The position numbers and the translations under genes are program-made. From positions 32,001 to 96,000 of IMG/VR virus record IMGVR_UViG_3300035670_000059: a stretch of 64,000 nt of DNA; one strand, given 5' to 3'. Below the pieces are notes generated by a model. The model saw nothing but the letters and a program-made list of their open reading frames with translations. It made no database searches and had not been told where the DNA came from. Below are positions 9,204 through 19,047 of the stretch, one piece after another. Position 1 is the stretch's first letter, and each line of letters opens with the position of its first letter. This DNA comes from a virus.

Positions 9204-9224
9204 CATTGATAAAAATATTGAATT

Positions 9225-9488
9225 ATGAGCAATACTAAAAAACCAATCGTAGTTAAAAGACTAAAGAAAGCTGATGGTACCATCGCTCACATTAAAGATG
9301 GTAAATTGCATAACTGGGACGGCCCTGCTTTAATCCCACAAGGTGATAAAAAATTAGCCGAATACTACATTCATGGAATCCAGTACACCAAAGACCAATT
9401 TGAACAAGCTCATAGAGATCAAGAAGGTTTGCCGTGGTACAAAAACCCATCAATGAAATCTCAATTGGAAGACGGTTACCGTAACTAA
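9225..9488 (+). CDS. Small hypothetical protein
   Basis: 87 aa; GKLHNWDGPALI...EYYIHG motif common in phage proteins. Confidence 0.6.
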   Translation: MSNTKKPIVVKRLKKADGTIAHIKDGKLHNWDGPALIPQGDKKLAEYYIHGIQYTKDQFEQAHRDQEGLPWYKNPSMKSQLEDGYRN

Positions 9489-9492
9489 ACGT

Positions 9493-9912
9493 ATGAAAAA
9501 AATGGTTATAGTGAGCGGGTATTTTAACCCACTCCATAAAGGTCATCTTGAACTGTTCCATAGAGCAAAAGATTATGGTCACAAGTTATTTGTAATAGTT
9601 AACTCTGATCATCAACGTTTACTTAAGGGATCAAAGGAGTTTCAATCTGAGTTGGAGCGTCTAATAATTATACGTAACTTAAGAGTTGTAGATAATAGTA
9701 TGATTTCTATTGATAGAGACAAAACACAATGTGCTACTCTTAAATATCTTTCAGATGTTTTGGGGGGAGAATATAAACTTGCATTTGCAAACGGTGGTGA
9801 TCAAAGTAATGATACTATTCCAGAAACACAGGTTTGCGTTGATAATGAAATAGAATTGATTGATGGATTGGGAGCTAAAGTTCAATCATCAAGTTGGCTA
9901 TTAAACAAATAA
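9493..9912 (+). CDS. Cytidylyltransferase-family nucleotidyltransferase
   Basis: SGYFNPLHKGH (HxGH), VNSD, FANGGD, KVQSSS. Confidence 0.85.
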   Translation: MKKMVIVSGYFNPLHKGHLELFHRAKDYGHKLFVIVNSDHQRLLKGSKEFQSELERLIIIRNLRVVDNSMISIDRDKTQCATLKYLSDVLGGEYKLAFANGGDQSNDTIPETQVCVDNEIELIDGLGAKVQSSSWLLNK

Positions 9913-9916
9913 GAAT

Positions 9917-10447
9917 ATGAAGATAGGATTGACAGGAACAATGAGTGTAGGAAAAACTACATTAGTTAAGGCATTAAAAAAATTACCACAATTTAAGAAT
10001 TATAAATTTGCTACTGAACGTTCAAAATATTTAAGAGATTTAGGTATCCCATTAAATACTGATTCTACATTAAAAGGTCAAACCGTGTTTTTGGCTGAAC
10101 GTTGTGCTGAACTAATGCATGATAATCTAATTACAGATCGAACTATTATTGATGTTATAGCATTTACTAAAAGTGCTAAATCAATTAATGTGTTAGATAA
10201 AGATGAATTTGAACAATATGCTTCTCTGTTTGTGGGAGAATATGATTATATATTCTATATTTCACCTGAAGGATTACCTATAGAAGATAATTCAGTTAGA
10301 GAAACTAATGCTGAATATAGGGATTTAATTGACTTTAACATACAACATTTATTGCAATCACATTCTCATAGATTTAAATCTATGTATGCTATCAGTGGTT
10401 CAACCCCGGAACGAATACAGCAGATTCTGAATGTTATCAATCTCTGA
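9917..10447 (+). CDS. P-loop kinase/ATPase (NadR/Ttd14-type)
   Basis: GTMSVGKTT Walker A; ITDRTIID; YDYIFYI...EDNSVR. Confidence 0.75.
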   Translation: MKIGLTGTMSVGKTTLVKALKKLPQFKNYKFATERSKYLRDLGIPLNTDSTLKGQTVFLAERCAELMHDNLITDRTIIDVIAFTKSAKSINVLDKDEFEQYASLFVGEYDYIFYISPEGLPIEDNSVRETNAEYRDLIDFNIQHLLQSHSHRFKSMYAISGSTPERIQQILNVINL

Positions 10448-10482
10448 TATATTTATAACAAAATATAAATATTTATCCGACC

Positions 10483-10959
10483 ATGAAAAAATCAGAATTA
10501 AAGAAATACATTAAAGAACAAATTGTTAATGCTCTATCTGAGGTAACTGTAGTAGATAAACTTACATCCACAGATGAAATTCCTCAAATCGCTAAAGACG
10601 AGAAAAAAGAAGTATCTACAGTAAAAAAAGCAGTTGATGCTGCTAAGACATCTGGTAAATCTGTAACTATAGCTGAAAAAGATGAGGATGATGTAGAAGT
10701 AGAAGACAACTGGTATAAATCTAAGGATGAAGATGGGGATAAAGATAAAGAACCATCTAAAGCAGATTTGAAAAAAGATGCTAAAGCCACTAAAGGTATA
10801 GCTAAGGCAAAAGATGAATTAGCTGTCTTAGCTAGAGAAATGAAATCTTTAGCTAAAAAATACAAAGAAGCTGAAGGTGCTGCTAAAGAAAAAATCGTAG
10901 CTGATTTGAAAGAAAAAACTAAACTTAAAAAAGAACTAGAGGCAATTCTAGACAAATAA
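10483..10959 (+). CDS. Charged coiled-coil protein with MKKSELKKYIKE leader (putative head protein)
   Basis: 158 aa; ATATTTATAA at 10449-10458 upstream; LSE site after leader. Confidence 0.6.
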   Translation: MKKSELKKYIKEQIVNALSEVTVVDKLTSTDEIPQIAKDEKKEVSTVKKAVDAAKTSGKSVTIAEKDEDDVEVEDNWYKSKDEDGDKDKEPSKADLKKDAKATKGIAKAKDELAVLAREMKSLAKKYKEAEGAAKEKIVADLKEKTKLKKELEAILDK

Positions 10960-10960
10960 A

Positions 10961-11329
10961 GTGAAATATTTCAATATATTAGTTGTAATAGGGGTTTGCA
11001 TTTTTATTTTATTTTTCTTTAACAAAAAAGAAGATTACGTTGAAGAATATAATCTAAAAATTGAAAAACTAGATGAAAAGGTCGATTCGCTACAAGATGT
11101 GAACGATGATTTGTCTTTAAAAATTGATACCTTAAACATACAAATATCTAAATTGGATCAAGAACTTGATTTAAAAGATAACAGTATAAATACCTTAAGA
11201 AATGAAGTTAATGAAAAAGTTAGTAGTGTTGATAGCTATACTGATGATGAGCTCAAAGAGTTTTTCACAAACCGCTATCGATTCTACTTTGATTCGCTTA
11301 GAAAAACCAATAGCTCGTCTAGTAATTAA
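10961..11329 (+). CDS. Putative i-spanin-like membrane protein
   Basis: GTG start; N-terminal TM helix ILVVIGVCIFILFFF followed by a long coiled coil. Confidence 0.55.
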   Translation: MKYFNILVVIGVCIFILFFFNKKEDYVEEYNLKIEKLDEKVDSLQDVNDDLSLKIDTLNIQISKLDQELDLKDNSINTLRNEVNEKVSSVDSYTDDELKEFFTNRYRFYFDSLRKTNSSSSN

Positions 11330-11615
11330 AGATCTTATAGTAGGGGATGGTACAAAACAAGAACTATCCCTTACACAAGATAAAGTTAAATTGCTAGAAC
11401 AGAAAATTGTATTTAAGGATAGTATCATTACAAACCTAAACACTCAGATATTTAACTATAAATCTATTATAGACACCCGATCTGAACAGTTAGCTTTATC
11501 TCAAGAGCTATCACGTAAATTGCAAAACGATTTAAAAAAATCACAAATTAAAAATAAAATGGTTGCAGGTACTGGAATCTTAGGTATATTGGCGGTACTA
11601 TTTATTTTAAAATAA
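11202..11615 (+). CDS. Secreted coiled-coil protein overlapping the i-spanin-like gene (o-spanin position)
   Basis: Signal peptide MKKLVVLIAILMMSSKSFS|Q (start may be 11211); C-terminal hydrophobic tail; 128-nt out-of-frame overlap with 10961-11329. Confidence 0.5.
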   Translation: MKLMKKLVVLIAILMMSSKSFSQTAIDSTLIRLEKPIARLVIKDLIVGDGTKQELSLTQDKVKLLEQKIVFKDSIITNLNTQIFNYKSIIDTRSEQLALSQELSRKLQNDLKKSQIKNKMVAGTGILGILAVLFILK

Positions 11616-11621
11616 AATAAT

Positions 11622-13196
11622 ATGTCCAATCCCAATATAAAGGAGATAATAAAACAAGAATATATAAAGTGTTCCCAAGATCCGGTTCACTTTATGCGCA
11701 AATATTGTTATATCCAACATCCACAAAGGGGTAGAATACAATTTAACCTATACCCATTCCAGGAAAAGGTACTTACCCTATTTAAAAAACACGACTACAC
11801 TATTCTACTAAAATCCCGTCAGCTAGGTATTTCTACTTTAGCTGCAGGATATGCTACGTGGTTAATGCTTTTTCATAAAGATAAAAACGTACTAGCTCTA
11901 GCAACTACTCAAGCAACTGCTCGTAACATAGTATCTAAGGTAAAATTCATGTGGGAAAATTTACCCTCGTGGTTAAAAGTAGATGCAGTAGAAAACAATA
12001 AACTGTCACTACAACTAGTCAACGGATCTAAAATACAAGCTAAATCTTCAAATTCCGATTCCGCACGATCAGAAGCAGTATCTTTGCTAATAATAGATGA
12101 GGCAGCCTTCATCGAAAATATTGGTGAAACATGGGCTTCCGCTCAACAAACCCTAGCAACTGGTGGTGGTGCTATTGTATTATCTACCCCTTATGGTACT
12201 GGAAACTGGTTCCACCAAACATGGGTTAAAGCAGAATCTGCAGAAAACGATTTTGTTCCTATCAAATTACCATGGATGGTCCACCCAGAACGAGATCAAA
12301 CATGGAGAGATAGACAGGATGAACTATTAGGTGATCCTAGATTAGCAGCACAAGAATGTGACTGTGATTTTTCTACCTCTGGAGATATTGTGTTCTACAA
12401 TGAATATTTAGAGTATTACGAAAAAACATTTATTAAAGACCCACTAGAGAGACGAGGTGTAGACCAAAACCTATGGGTATGGGAATCACCATATTACACT
12501 CGAAGCTATATAGTAGTAGCTGACGTAGCCCGTGGTGATGGTAAAGATTATTCTACATTCCACGTTATAGATGTAGAATCAAATGTGCAAGTAGCAGAAT
12601 ATAAAGGTCAAATTGGCACTAAAGAATTTGGACATTTATTAGTAGGCATAGCTACAGAATATAACGAAGCATTACTAGTAATAGAAAATGCTAATATTGG
12701 ATGGGCAACTATACAAGTAGCAATAGATAGAAATTATTCCAATCTCTATTATTCTCCCCGTGCCGAGGCAAATGCTGATTCGTATTTTGACAAATATATG
12801 GATACCTCAAAAGCAGTAGCAGGATTTACAATGTCGGCTCGTACCCGCCCTATGGTGGTAGGTAAGTTCCAAGAATATATCTCCGAAAAATCTGTAACTA
12901 TCCAATCAAAAAGATTGATAGAAGAAATGAAAGTATTTATCTGGAAAAATGGTAGAGCAGAAGCACAACAAGGTTATAACGATGACTTGGTAATGGCTTT
13001 TGGAATAGCAATGTATATTCGAGATACAGCTTTGAAATACAGACAAAGGGGATTAGATTTAACACGCAGTGCACTAAACAATATATCAGTTAATAGAACT
13101 TCATATCAAGGAGCGTATTACGCTAGTAAAGATGACAATCCTTACCAAATTGAAAATCCATATGGTGGGAAAGAAGATATAAGCTGGCTACTTTAA
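11622..13196 (+). CDS. terL: Terminase large subunit (T4 gp17-like)
   Basis: LYPFQ; LKSRQLGIST Walker A; LLIIDEAAF Walker B; STPYG; nuclease ADVARGDGKDYS and NDDLVMA. Confidence 0.95.
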   Translation: MSNPNIKEIIKQEYIKCSQDPVHFMRKYCYIQHPQRGRIQFNLYPFQEKVLTLFKKHDYTILLKSRQLGISTLAAGYATWLMLFHKDKNVLALATTQATARNIVSKVKFMWENLPSWLKVDAVENNKLSLQLVNGSKIQAKSSNSDSARSEAVSLLIIDEAAFIENIGETWASAQQTLATGGGAIVLSTPYGTGNWFHQTWVKAESAENDFVPIKLPWMVHPERDQTWRDRQDELLGDPRLAAQECDCDFSTSGDIVFYNEYLEYYEKTFIKDPLERRGVDQNLWVWESPYYTRSYIVVADVARGDGKDYSTFHVIDVESNVQVAEYKGQIGTKEFGHLLVGIATEYNEALLVIENANIGWATIQVAIDRNYSNLYYSPRAEANADSYFDKYMDTSKAVAGFTMSARTRPMVVGKFQEYISEKSVTIQSKRLIEEMKVFIWKNGRAEAQQGYNDDLVMAFGIAMYIRDTALKYRQRGLDLTRSALNNISVNRTSYQGAYYASKDDNPYQIENPYGGKEDISWLL

Positions 13197-13222
13197 CAAT
13201 ATTTATAACAATAATTAACAAT

Positions 13223-15124
13223 ATGGCAAACACAGGCTTATTTAGTAGACTACAACGATTATTTTCAACAGATGTAATCATCCGAAATGTTGGGGGTAAT
13301 CAAATTAGTGTAATGGATACTAATCAAATCCAAACCAACGGGGAAATTCAAACTAACTCCCTTATGGACAGGTACAATAGAATCTATTCTACTAATCCAA
13401 GCTCACTGTACGGTTCTCAATTCAACTTCAACTACAAGTACTTAAGACCCCAATTATATTCAGAATATGATGTAATGGATCAAGACGCTATTATAGCTTC
13501 TGCTTTGGACATTATAGCTGATGAATGTACTTTGAAAAACGATATGGGCGAAGTATTATCTATTCGCTCTTCTAACGAAAATATTCAAAAAATTCTATAC
13601 AACTTATTCTATGATGTTTTAAACATCGAATTTAACTTATGGGCATGGGTTAGACAAATGTCTAAATATGGTGACTTTTTCCTTAAGCTAGAAATAGCAG
13701 AAAAATATGGTGTGTATAATGTAATTCCCTACACTGCATTCCACATTGAAAGATTAGAAGGATTTAATCGCAACAATCCATCTGAAATTAAATTTAGATA
13801 TTCACCTGATGGGCTAGTAAATGCCAATTCTGGACTATATGCTGTTACAGGACAAGGTACAGACCAAACCGGTGGTGTAACATTTGATAACTACGAGATG
13901 GCCCACTTTAGACTAATTGGAGATACCAATTACCTTCCATATGGTCGTTCATATATTGAACCAGCTCGTAAACTATTCAAGCAATATACTTTGATGGAAG
14001 ATGCGATGTTGATCCATAGAATCGCTCGTGCCCCAGAAAAACGTATATTCTATGTAAACGTAGGTTCTATTCCACCAAATGAAGTAGATGCATTCATGCA
14101 GAAAACTATTTCAAACATGAAACGTACTCCATATGTTGATAAGCAAACTGGAGACTACAATTTGAAATACAATATGCAAAACATGATGGAGGATTTTTAT
14201 ATCCCAATTCGTGGAAATGATACAACAACTAAAATTGAAACCACCAAAGGTTTAGATTACGATGGTATCCAAGATGTTGAATATCTAAGAAATAAACTAT
14301 TTGCTGCCCTTAAAGTACCTAAAGCATTTTTAGGGTATGACGAAAATATAGAAGGCAAAGCAACATTAGCAGCCGAAGATATTAGATTTGCTCGTACAAT
14401 TGATCGTATTCAACGTATTCTAGTATCAGAACTTAACAAAATTGCTCTAGTACACTTATATTCTCAGGGGTATAGAGATGAGGCGTTGACAAACTTTGAA
14501 TTGTCTATGCAAACTCCTTCTATTATATTTGAACAAGAGAAAATTGAGTTGATGAAATCTAAAGCTGAACTAGCTCAATCATTACTAGAACAAAAACTAT
14601 TACCTACAGATTGGATTTACGACAATATATTCCACTTATCTGAAGACCAGTACGATGAATATAGAGATCTAATTAGAGAAGATGCTAAACGAGCATTCCG
14701 AGTTACCCAAATTGAAAACGAAGGTAATGACCCAGTTGAAAGTGGCAAATCTTATGGTACCCCACACGATTTAGCTTCTTTATATGGTAAAGGTAGAATG
14801 GATTCTGATCCTAAGAATGTTCCAAGTGGATATGATGAAGATGAAACATTAGGTAGACCAAAAGATTCCATTTCCAAAATTGGAAAACAAGATAGTAATT
14901 TTGGTAAAGATCGTTTGGGTGTTAAGAGAATGAAAGATACTGATAAAAACGATTCACTAGATAGCCGTACAGATACTAACAAAAGTGGTATGGCCCTTGA
15001 AAATGCTCAAGTTGCTTACTTGAAAAATAAAGACATTTTTTCTAAAATGGACAAGAAAAAACTAATATTTGAGCAAGACAAAGACGATACTTCGTTACTA
15101 GATGAAAACCAGTTGAGGGGATAA
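13223..15124 (+). CDS. Portal protein (T4 gp20-like)
   Basis: EDAMLIHRIARAPEKRIFYVNVG; MMEDFYIP; LFAALKVPKAFL; follows TerL. Confidence 0.92.
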   Translation: MANTGLFSRLQRLFSTDVIIRNVGGNQISVMDTNQIQTNGEIQTNSLMDRYNRIYSTNPSSLYGSQFNFNYKYLRPQLYSEYDVMDQDAIIASALDIIADECTLKNDMGEVLSIRSSNENIQKILYNLFYDVLNIEFNLWAWVRQMSKYGDFFLKLEIAEKYGVYNVIPYTAFHIERLEGFNRNNPSEIKFRYSPDGLVNANSGLYAVTGQGTDQTGGVTFDNYEMAHFRLIGDTNYLPYGRSYIEPARKLFKQYTLMEDAMLIHRIARAPEKRIFYVNVGSIPPNEVDAFMQKTISNMKRTPYVDKQTGDYNLKYNMQNMMEDFYIPIRGNDTTTKIETTKGLDYDGIQDVEYLRNKLFAALKVPKAFLGYDENIEGKATLAAEDIRFARTIDRIQRILVSELNKIALVHLYSQGYRDEALTNFELSMQTPSIIFEQEKIELMKSKAELAQSLLEQKLLPTDWIYDNIFHLSEDQYDEYRDLIREDAKRAFRVTQIENEGNDPVESGKSYGTPHDLASLYGKGRMDSDPKNVPSGYDEDETLGRPKDSISKIGKQDSNFGKDRLGVKRMKDTDKNDSLDSRTDTNKSGMALENAQVAYLKNKDIFSKMDKKKLIFEQDKDDTSLLDENQLRG

Positions 15125-15161
15125 GATTTCTTTAATATTTATAAACAAATATATTTCTTTG

Positions 15162-16028
15162 ATGAAAATCAAACATAGCAAATACAAAAACACGGGTATA
15201 TTATTTGAGTTACTTGTTAGACAGGTAACTATAGATACCTTAAAAGGAGTAGATTCACCCGCTATTGACATTATGAAAAAATATTTTGTCAAAAGTGAAC
15301 TAGGGCGAGAGTATAAATTATACGAGTCTATTCTAAAATCTAAAGTATTAAACGAAAGCAGAGCAAATACTGTCGTTAGCACTATTTTAGAATCTTCTGT
15401 TAACTTAAACAAAAGTACTTTAAAGAGACAGAAATATAATCTAATCAAAGAAATTAAATCACACTACGATTTAGATACATTTTTTAACATCAAAATCAAA
15501 AACTATAAAGAACTAGCTTCTTTGTATATGTTGATTGAAGGTGCAAATGGTACTTCTTACGTTGCTCCTTCCCAAATGGTTGATTGCAAAATCACACTAT
15601 TAGAATTTTTAACTAAGCAAGAAATTAAATCACAGGATTCAAGAGAAAACGTAATAGAAGAATTCCAAGCATACGATAAAGATTTAAGAATTCTCACATA
15701 CAAAATTCTTTTAGAGAAATTCAACGAGAAATACGATTCTATTTCTATTGAACAAAAACAAATCCTAAAAGAATTCATCAACTCTGTAGACTCTGCCCCA
15801 CATTTAAGAGAATTCTACAACACTAAAATTACTGAACTAAAAGAACACTTAAGTAAAAGCACTAAAACAATCCAAGATCCAGCTACTAAAGTTAAGGTTG
15901 AAGAAATAGCTAAACACTTAGTTGAGCTTGACAAAACTGCTAAAGTTAATGATGATCATTTAGTGGATTTAATGCAATATTATGAACTAGTTCAAGAAAT
16001 TAGAAAAGCAAATGGGGTACAAATATAA
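15162..16028 (+). CDS. Conserved head-module hypothetical protein
   Basis: MKIKHSKYKNTGILFELLVRQ; helical; downstream of portal behind ATATTTATAA at 15135. Confidence 0.7.
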   Translation: MKIKHSKYKNTGILFELLVRQVTIDTLKGVDSPAIDIMKKYFVKSELGREYKLYESILKSKVLNESRANTVVSTILESSVNLNKSTLKRQKYNLIKEIKSHYDLDTFFNIKIKNYKELASLYMLIEGANGTSYVAPSQMVDCKITLLEFLTKQEIKSQDSRENVIEEFQAYDKDLRILTYKILLEKFNEKYDSISIEQKQILKEFINSVDSAPHLREFYNTKITELKEHLSKSTKTIQDPATKVKVEEIAKHLVELDKTAKVNDDHLVDLMQYYELVQEIRKANGVQI

Positions 16029-16317
16029 ATTATCCGATAAGTTAAAAGAAATGTCCACCTCTGGTGGAGCAGGTGGTTATTTAACTAAATACGCGTTTGC
16101 TAAAAAAGTTAGAGCACCTAAAGAACTAGAAAAACTAGGATATACTCCCGTTGAAGAAAATATAGGTGCAACTTTAGGACCAGGTCCAAAAGCAGGACCC
16201 GAAGGTGTTAAAGATAACTACTACGTTAAGAAATTCCAATACAAGCTGGTTCCTAAAGATAAAAACGGAAACTACGTGCAGAAAGGCTCTAGTCTAGAAG
16301 TTAAAAATTTATTTTAA
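16012..16317 (+). CDS. Hypothetical head-module protein
   Basis: 101 aa; leader ends in LKE, then MSTSGGAGGY. Confidence 0.55.
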   Translation: MGYKYKLSDKLKEMSTSGGAGGYLTKYAFAKKVRAPKELEKLGYTPVEENIGATLGPGPKAGPEGVKDNYYVKKFQYKLVPKDKNGNYVQKGSSLEVKNLF

Positions 16318-16318
16318 T

Positions 16319-16564
16319 ATGTATAAGTATAGAATTAAAGAACAAGGGGATGAAACTCTAAACCAATTCCATGATCAACGCATCATGGCATTTGATTCTA
16401 TAGAAGCTAGACTTGAAGACATAAAAAAACTACTGCGTCAAGGTAAAATTGAAACTATAGCATACTATAGAGAAAACCCAACCAGTTATACAGTAGTAAA
16501 AGGAACAGATTTGATTAACGATTACATAAACGATATAGAAATTTTACTAAAAGGAGAAGAATAA
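16319..16564 (+). CDS. Hypothetical head-module protein
   Basis: 81 aa; MYKYRIKE leader; coupled to next gene. Confidence 0.6.
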   Translation: MYKYRIKEQGDETLNQFHDQRIMAFDSIEARLEDIKKLLRQGKIETIAYYRENPTSYTVVKGTDLINDYINDIEILLKGEE

Positions 16565-18237
16565 TGACTCTACAAGAACAATACAATTTGATTAAAGCAG
16601 GAAAAGGTCACAAAGGTATATTCCTTACTGAGGCTAAAAAGCAATTCCCTGACATGTTGACAAATCCGATGGGATTTGAAGAAGCATCTAAAATGTTGAA
16701 AACACGTGGTGTGATTTCCGAAAATTATGTTGATTTAAAACCAATCAATACAATTGAGGCTTCTCCAAAAGCTGCTTGGGAAAATAAATTTGCTCAATTC
16801 TTAGCTGAAGAAGCTAAAGCAGAAGAAAAAAAACCAACTAAAGAAGTAGAAGATATTCAAGCCCACAACTACGACTACAAAGACAAAACTAACCTTGACA
16901 ACCAAATTGGACAAGAAGTATTGAATGGTCTATATTTTGAAGGCAGAGAAAACCCAGACAAAACATTAGACGAGCTTCGTAAAATTGTAGAAAAAAACTT
17001 AGCTAAAGACGGACAGTACTACATGAAAAATGCTGCATTTGGTGTTAAAGGATTAGGATACAAAGAAACAGAAGTAGAAGAAGTAGCTGGAAAGCATGCT
17101 TCATCTGGCTATTCTGATAAATTAAAGAAAATGGTTAAAGAATCTTTGGTTAAAGAATCTTCTGATAATCTTGATCCCTTAAGAAAAATGGGATATTCTG
17201 ATTCGGATATTGAAGATTTTATGGATGAATTTAAGCAAGGAGGTAGTAAATTACCTAAAAAGGTAAGTGATTATCTAGATGGTTTGTATCAAACTAAATT
17301 AGGTGCTCTAAAAACAAAATCTTGGTGGTTAAAAGAAGAAGATAAAGATTACACTAAGCTTCCATTCGTGGGTGTTGAAACTTTAAAGAAAGTACTTCAA
17401 CAAGTTGATAAAATTAACATTCAGGTAGGCCCAATGTCTTCAACTGAAGTAAAAACTGAAGCTGATCTAGTAAGAGTACTTATGGGCGAACTTATGTTTA
17501 AGCAAGTAAGACCAGGTGTATATAAGCTAGTAGGACCAAATGATAGTAAAGTTACTATGGGTAAAGGAAGTTTAGATGAAGCTTCTGACTTTGAAGAGAA
17601 AATGGCTCAACTTAGAATGCTTCAAATGCAGAAAAAAGCAGGTGTTGCTCCTGATCAAAAAGTGATTAATAAAAAGCAAACATTAACACAGAAGTTAAAC
17701 ATGCTTAAAAAAGCATATTTTGATTTAATTTCTGCTATGGAGAAAGAATCAGACCTAGAATTTGCTGTATCTGGTGATTGGTACCAAGAACAATTAGATG
17801 ATCTAGAAAACTCAATTGGTGATTTAGAAAACAAAATTCAATCTATTAACGAAAATGCAATTGGTGAAGAAGTAGAAATAACAGCTGAAGTTGAAAATGT
17901 TGAAGAAGCTGAACCAAAAGCTGAAAAGAAAGTAGTTAAAAAAGAATCTTTAGATAGTGAACTAGCCGAAATCGATACTCAAGCTGGAATCGTTGCTATG
18001 GAAGCTAAATTGGACAAAATCAGCGAAATGATTTCTACTAAAATGGAACGTTTAAGCATGATTGAAGAAGATGCTAATCTAGCGGATCTAGTAGATAAAG
18101 TTAAAGTAAAAGAAATGCAAAAAGAAATCAAAATCTTAGAAAAAGCTAAAGCTAAGATGGAGAAAATGTACGAAAAAATGAATGGTAAAGCATATACCAA
18201 AGAAATGGTAGACGAATCCTCATTTGACAATGAATAA
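16564..18237 (+). CDS. Putative prohead core/internal polyprotein
   Basis: 557 aa; many ISE/LAE/VKE/LKE/LDE/INE sites separate modules; directly upstream of the prohead protease. Confidence 0.6.
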   Translation: MTLQEQYNLIKAGKGHKGIFLTEAKKQFPDMLTNPMGFEEASKMLKTRGVISENYVDLKPINTIEASPKAAWENKFAQFLAEEAKAEEKKPTKEVEDIQAHNYDYKDKTNLDNQIGQEVLNGLYFEGRENPDKTLDELRKIVEKNLAKDGQYYMKNAAFGVKGLGYKETEVEEVAGKHASSGYSDKLKKMVKESLVKESSDNLDPLRKMGYSDSDIEDFMDEFKQGGSKLPKKVSDYLDGLYQTKLGALKTKSWWLKEEDKDYTKLPFVGVETLKKVLQQVDKINIQVGPMSSTEVKTEADLVRVLMGELMFKQVRPGVYKLVGPNDSKVTMGKGSLDEASDFEEKMAQLRMLQMQKKAGVAPDQKVINKKQTLTQKLNMLKKAYFDLISAMEKESDLEFAVSGDWYQEQLDDLENSIGDLENKIQSINENAIGEEVEITAEVENVEEAEPKAEKKVVKKESLDSELAEIDTQAGIVAMEAKLDKISEMISTKMERLSMIEEDANLADLVDKVKVKEMQKEIKILEKAKAKMEKMYEKMNGKAYTKEMVDESSFDNE

Positions 18238-18835
18238 GCAATTACTTATAGAAACCCACCCTATTAAAATTTCTGCATCCCCACTAACTGAAAATGTTGG
18301 TGGGGTAAAGAAACCTCTAATAGTAGAAGGTATACTAGCTACAGCCGAAGTTAAAAACGGTAACGGTAGATATTATGCCCGTGATTTGTGGGATCGTGAA
18401 ATGAAAAAGTACTCTGAGCTAATCAAGCAAAGACGTGCTATGGGTGAATTAGATCACCCTGAATCCCAAGTTATTAACTTAAAAAATGTATCTCATATCA
18501 TCTCCGATTACTGGTGGGATGGAGATAATGTAATGGGTAAAATTGAAGTACTTAATACTCCATCTGGTCAAATTTTAGAAGCACTAATCCGTAACAACGT
18601 TACCGTAGGTGTATCTTCCCGAGGAATGGGCTCATTAGAACAAAATGGTAACGTAATGGAAGTACAAGATGATTTCGAATTATTATGTTGGGATTTTGTT
18701 TCCACTCCATCCAATCCAGGCTCATATATGTCTGTATTGCGAGAAGGTAAAGAATATCCTACCACAAACTATAGTAAAGTAAATAGTATTATACACGAAA
18801 TACTCTGCTCTAAAGGCAGTTGCCCAATATTTTAA
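18230..18835 (+). CDS. Prohead protease (T4 gp21-like)
   Basis: KNGNGRYY; GELDHP; VSHII; GVSSRGMGS; WDFVSTPS. Confidence 0.92.
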   Translation: MNKQLLIETHPIKISASPLTENVGGVKKPLIVEGILATAEVKNGNGRYYARDLWDREMKKYSELIKQRRAMGELDHPESQVINLKNVSHIISDYWWDGDNVMGKIEVLNTPSGQILEALIRNNVTVGVSSRGMGSLEQNGNVMEVQDDFELLCWDFVSTPSNPGSYMSVLREGKEYPTTNYSKVNSIIHEILCSKGSCPIF

Positions 18836-18894
18836 TACTCCCCAACGGACGCTACCGAAGGATGTGCCCCTCCTAGAATAGTCTTCTAGGACCG

Positions 18895-18916
18895 AAGCCC
18901 TCTCTGGAGGGCTTTT
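18895..18916 (+). terminator. Putative intrinsic terminator
   Basis: AAGCCCTC-TCTG-GAGGGCTT followed by TT; preceded by a second hairpin at 18871-18891. Confidence 0.6.
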
Positions 18917-19047
18917 CGCGTTTTGAAAAATCCCAATATACGTATAATCGTAAATGTGCTATCCCCGCTATATAGCACCATATTTTTAATTTATATTATT
19001 ACGTTACTATCTAATAAACGTATTTCACTAAAAAAATTTTAGGACAA

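Noticed and set aside
10483-10959. Terminase small subunit
   Set aside because: Near TerL but without recognisable features; its leader matches the putative head-cargo family instead.
16317-16326. ATATGTATAA as a late promoter
   Set aside because: It overlaps the start codon and MYK codons of ORF 16319, so it is likely coincidental.
18841-18920. tRNA gene
   Set aside because: GC-rich and structured, but no T-loop consensus or cloverleaf.
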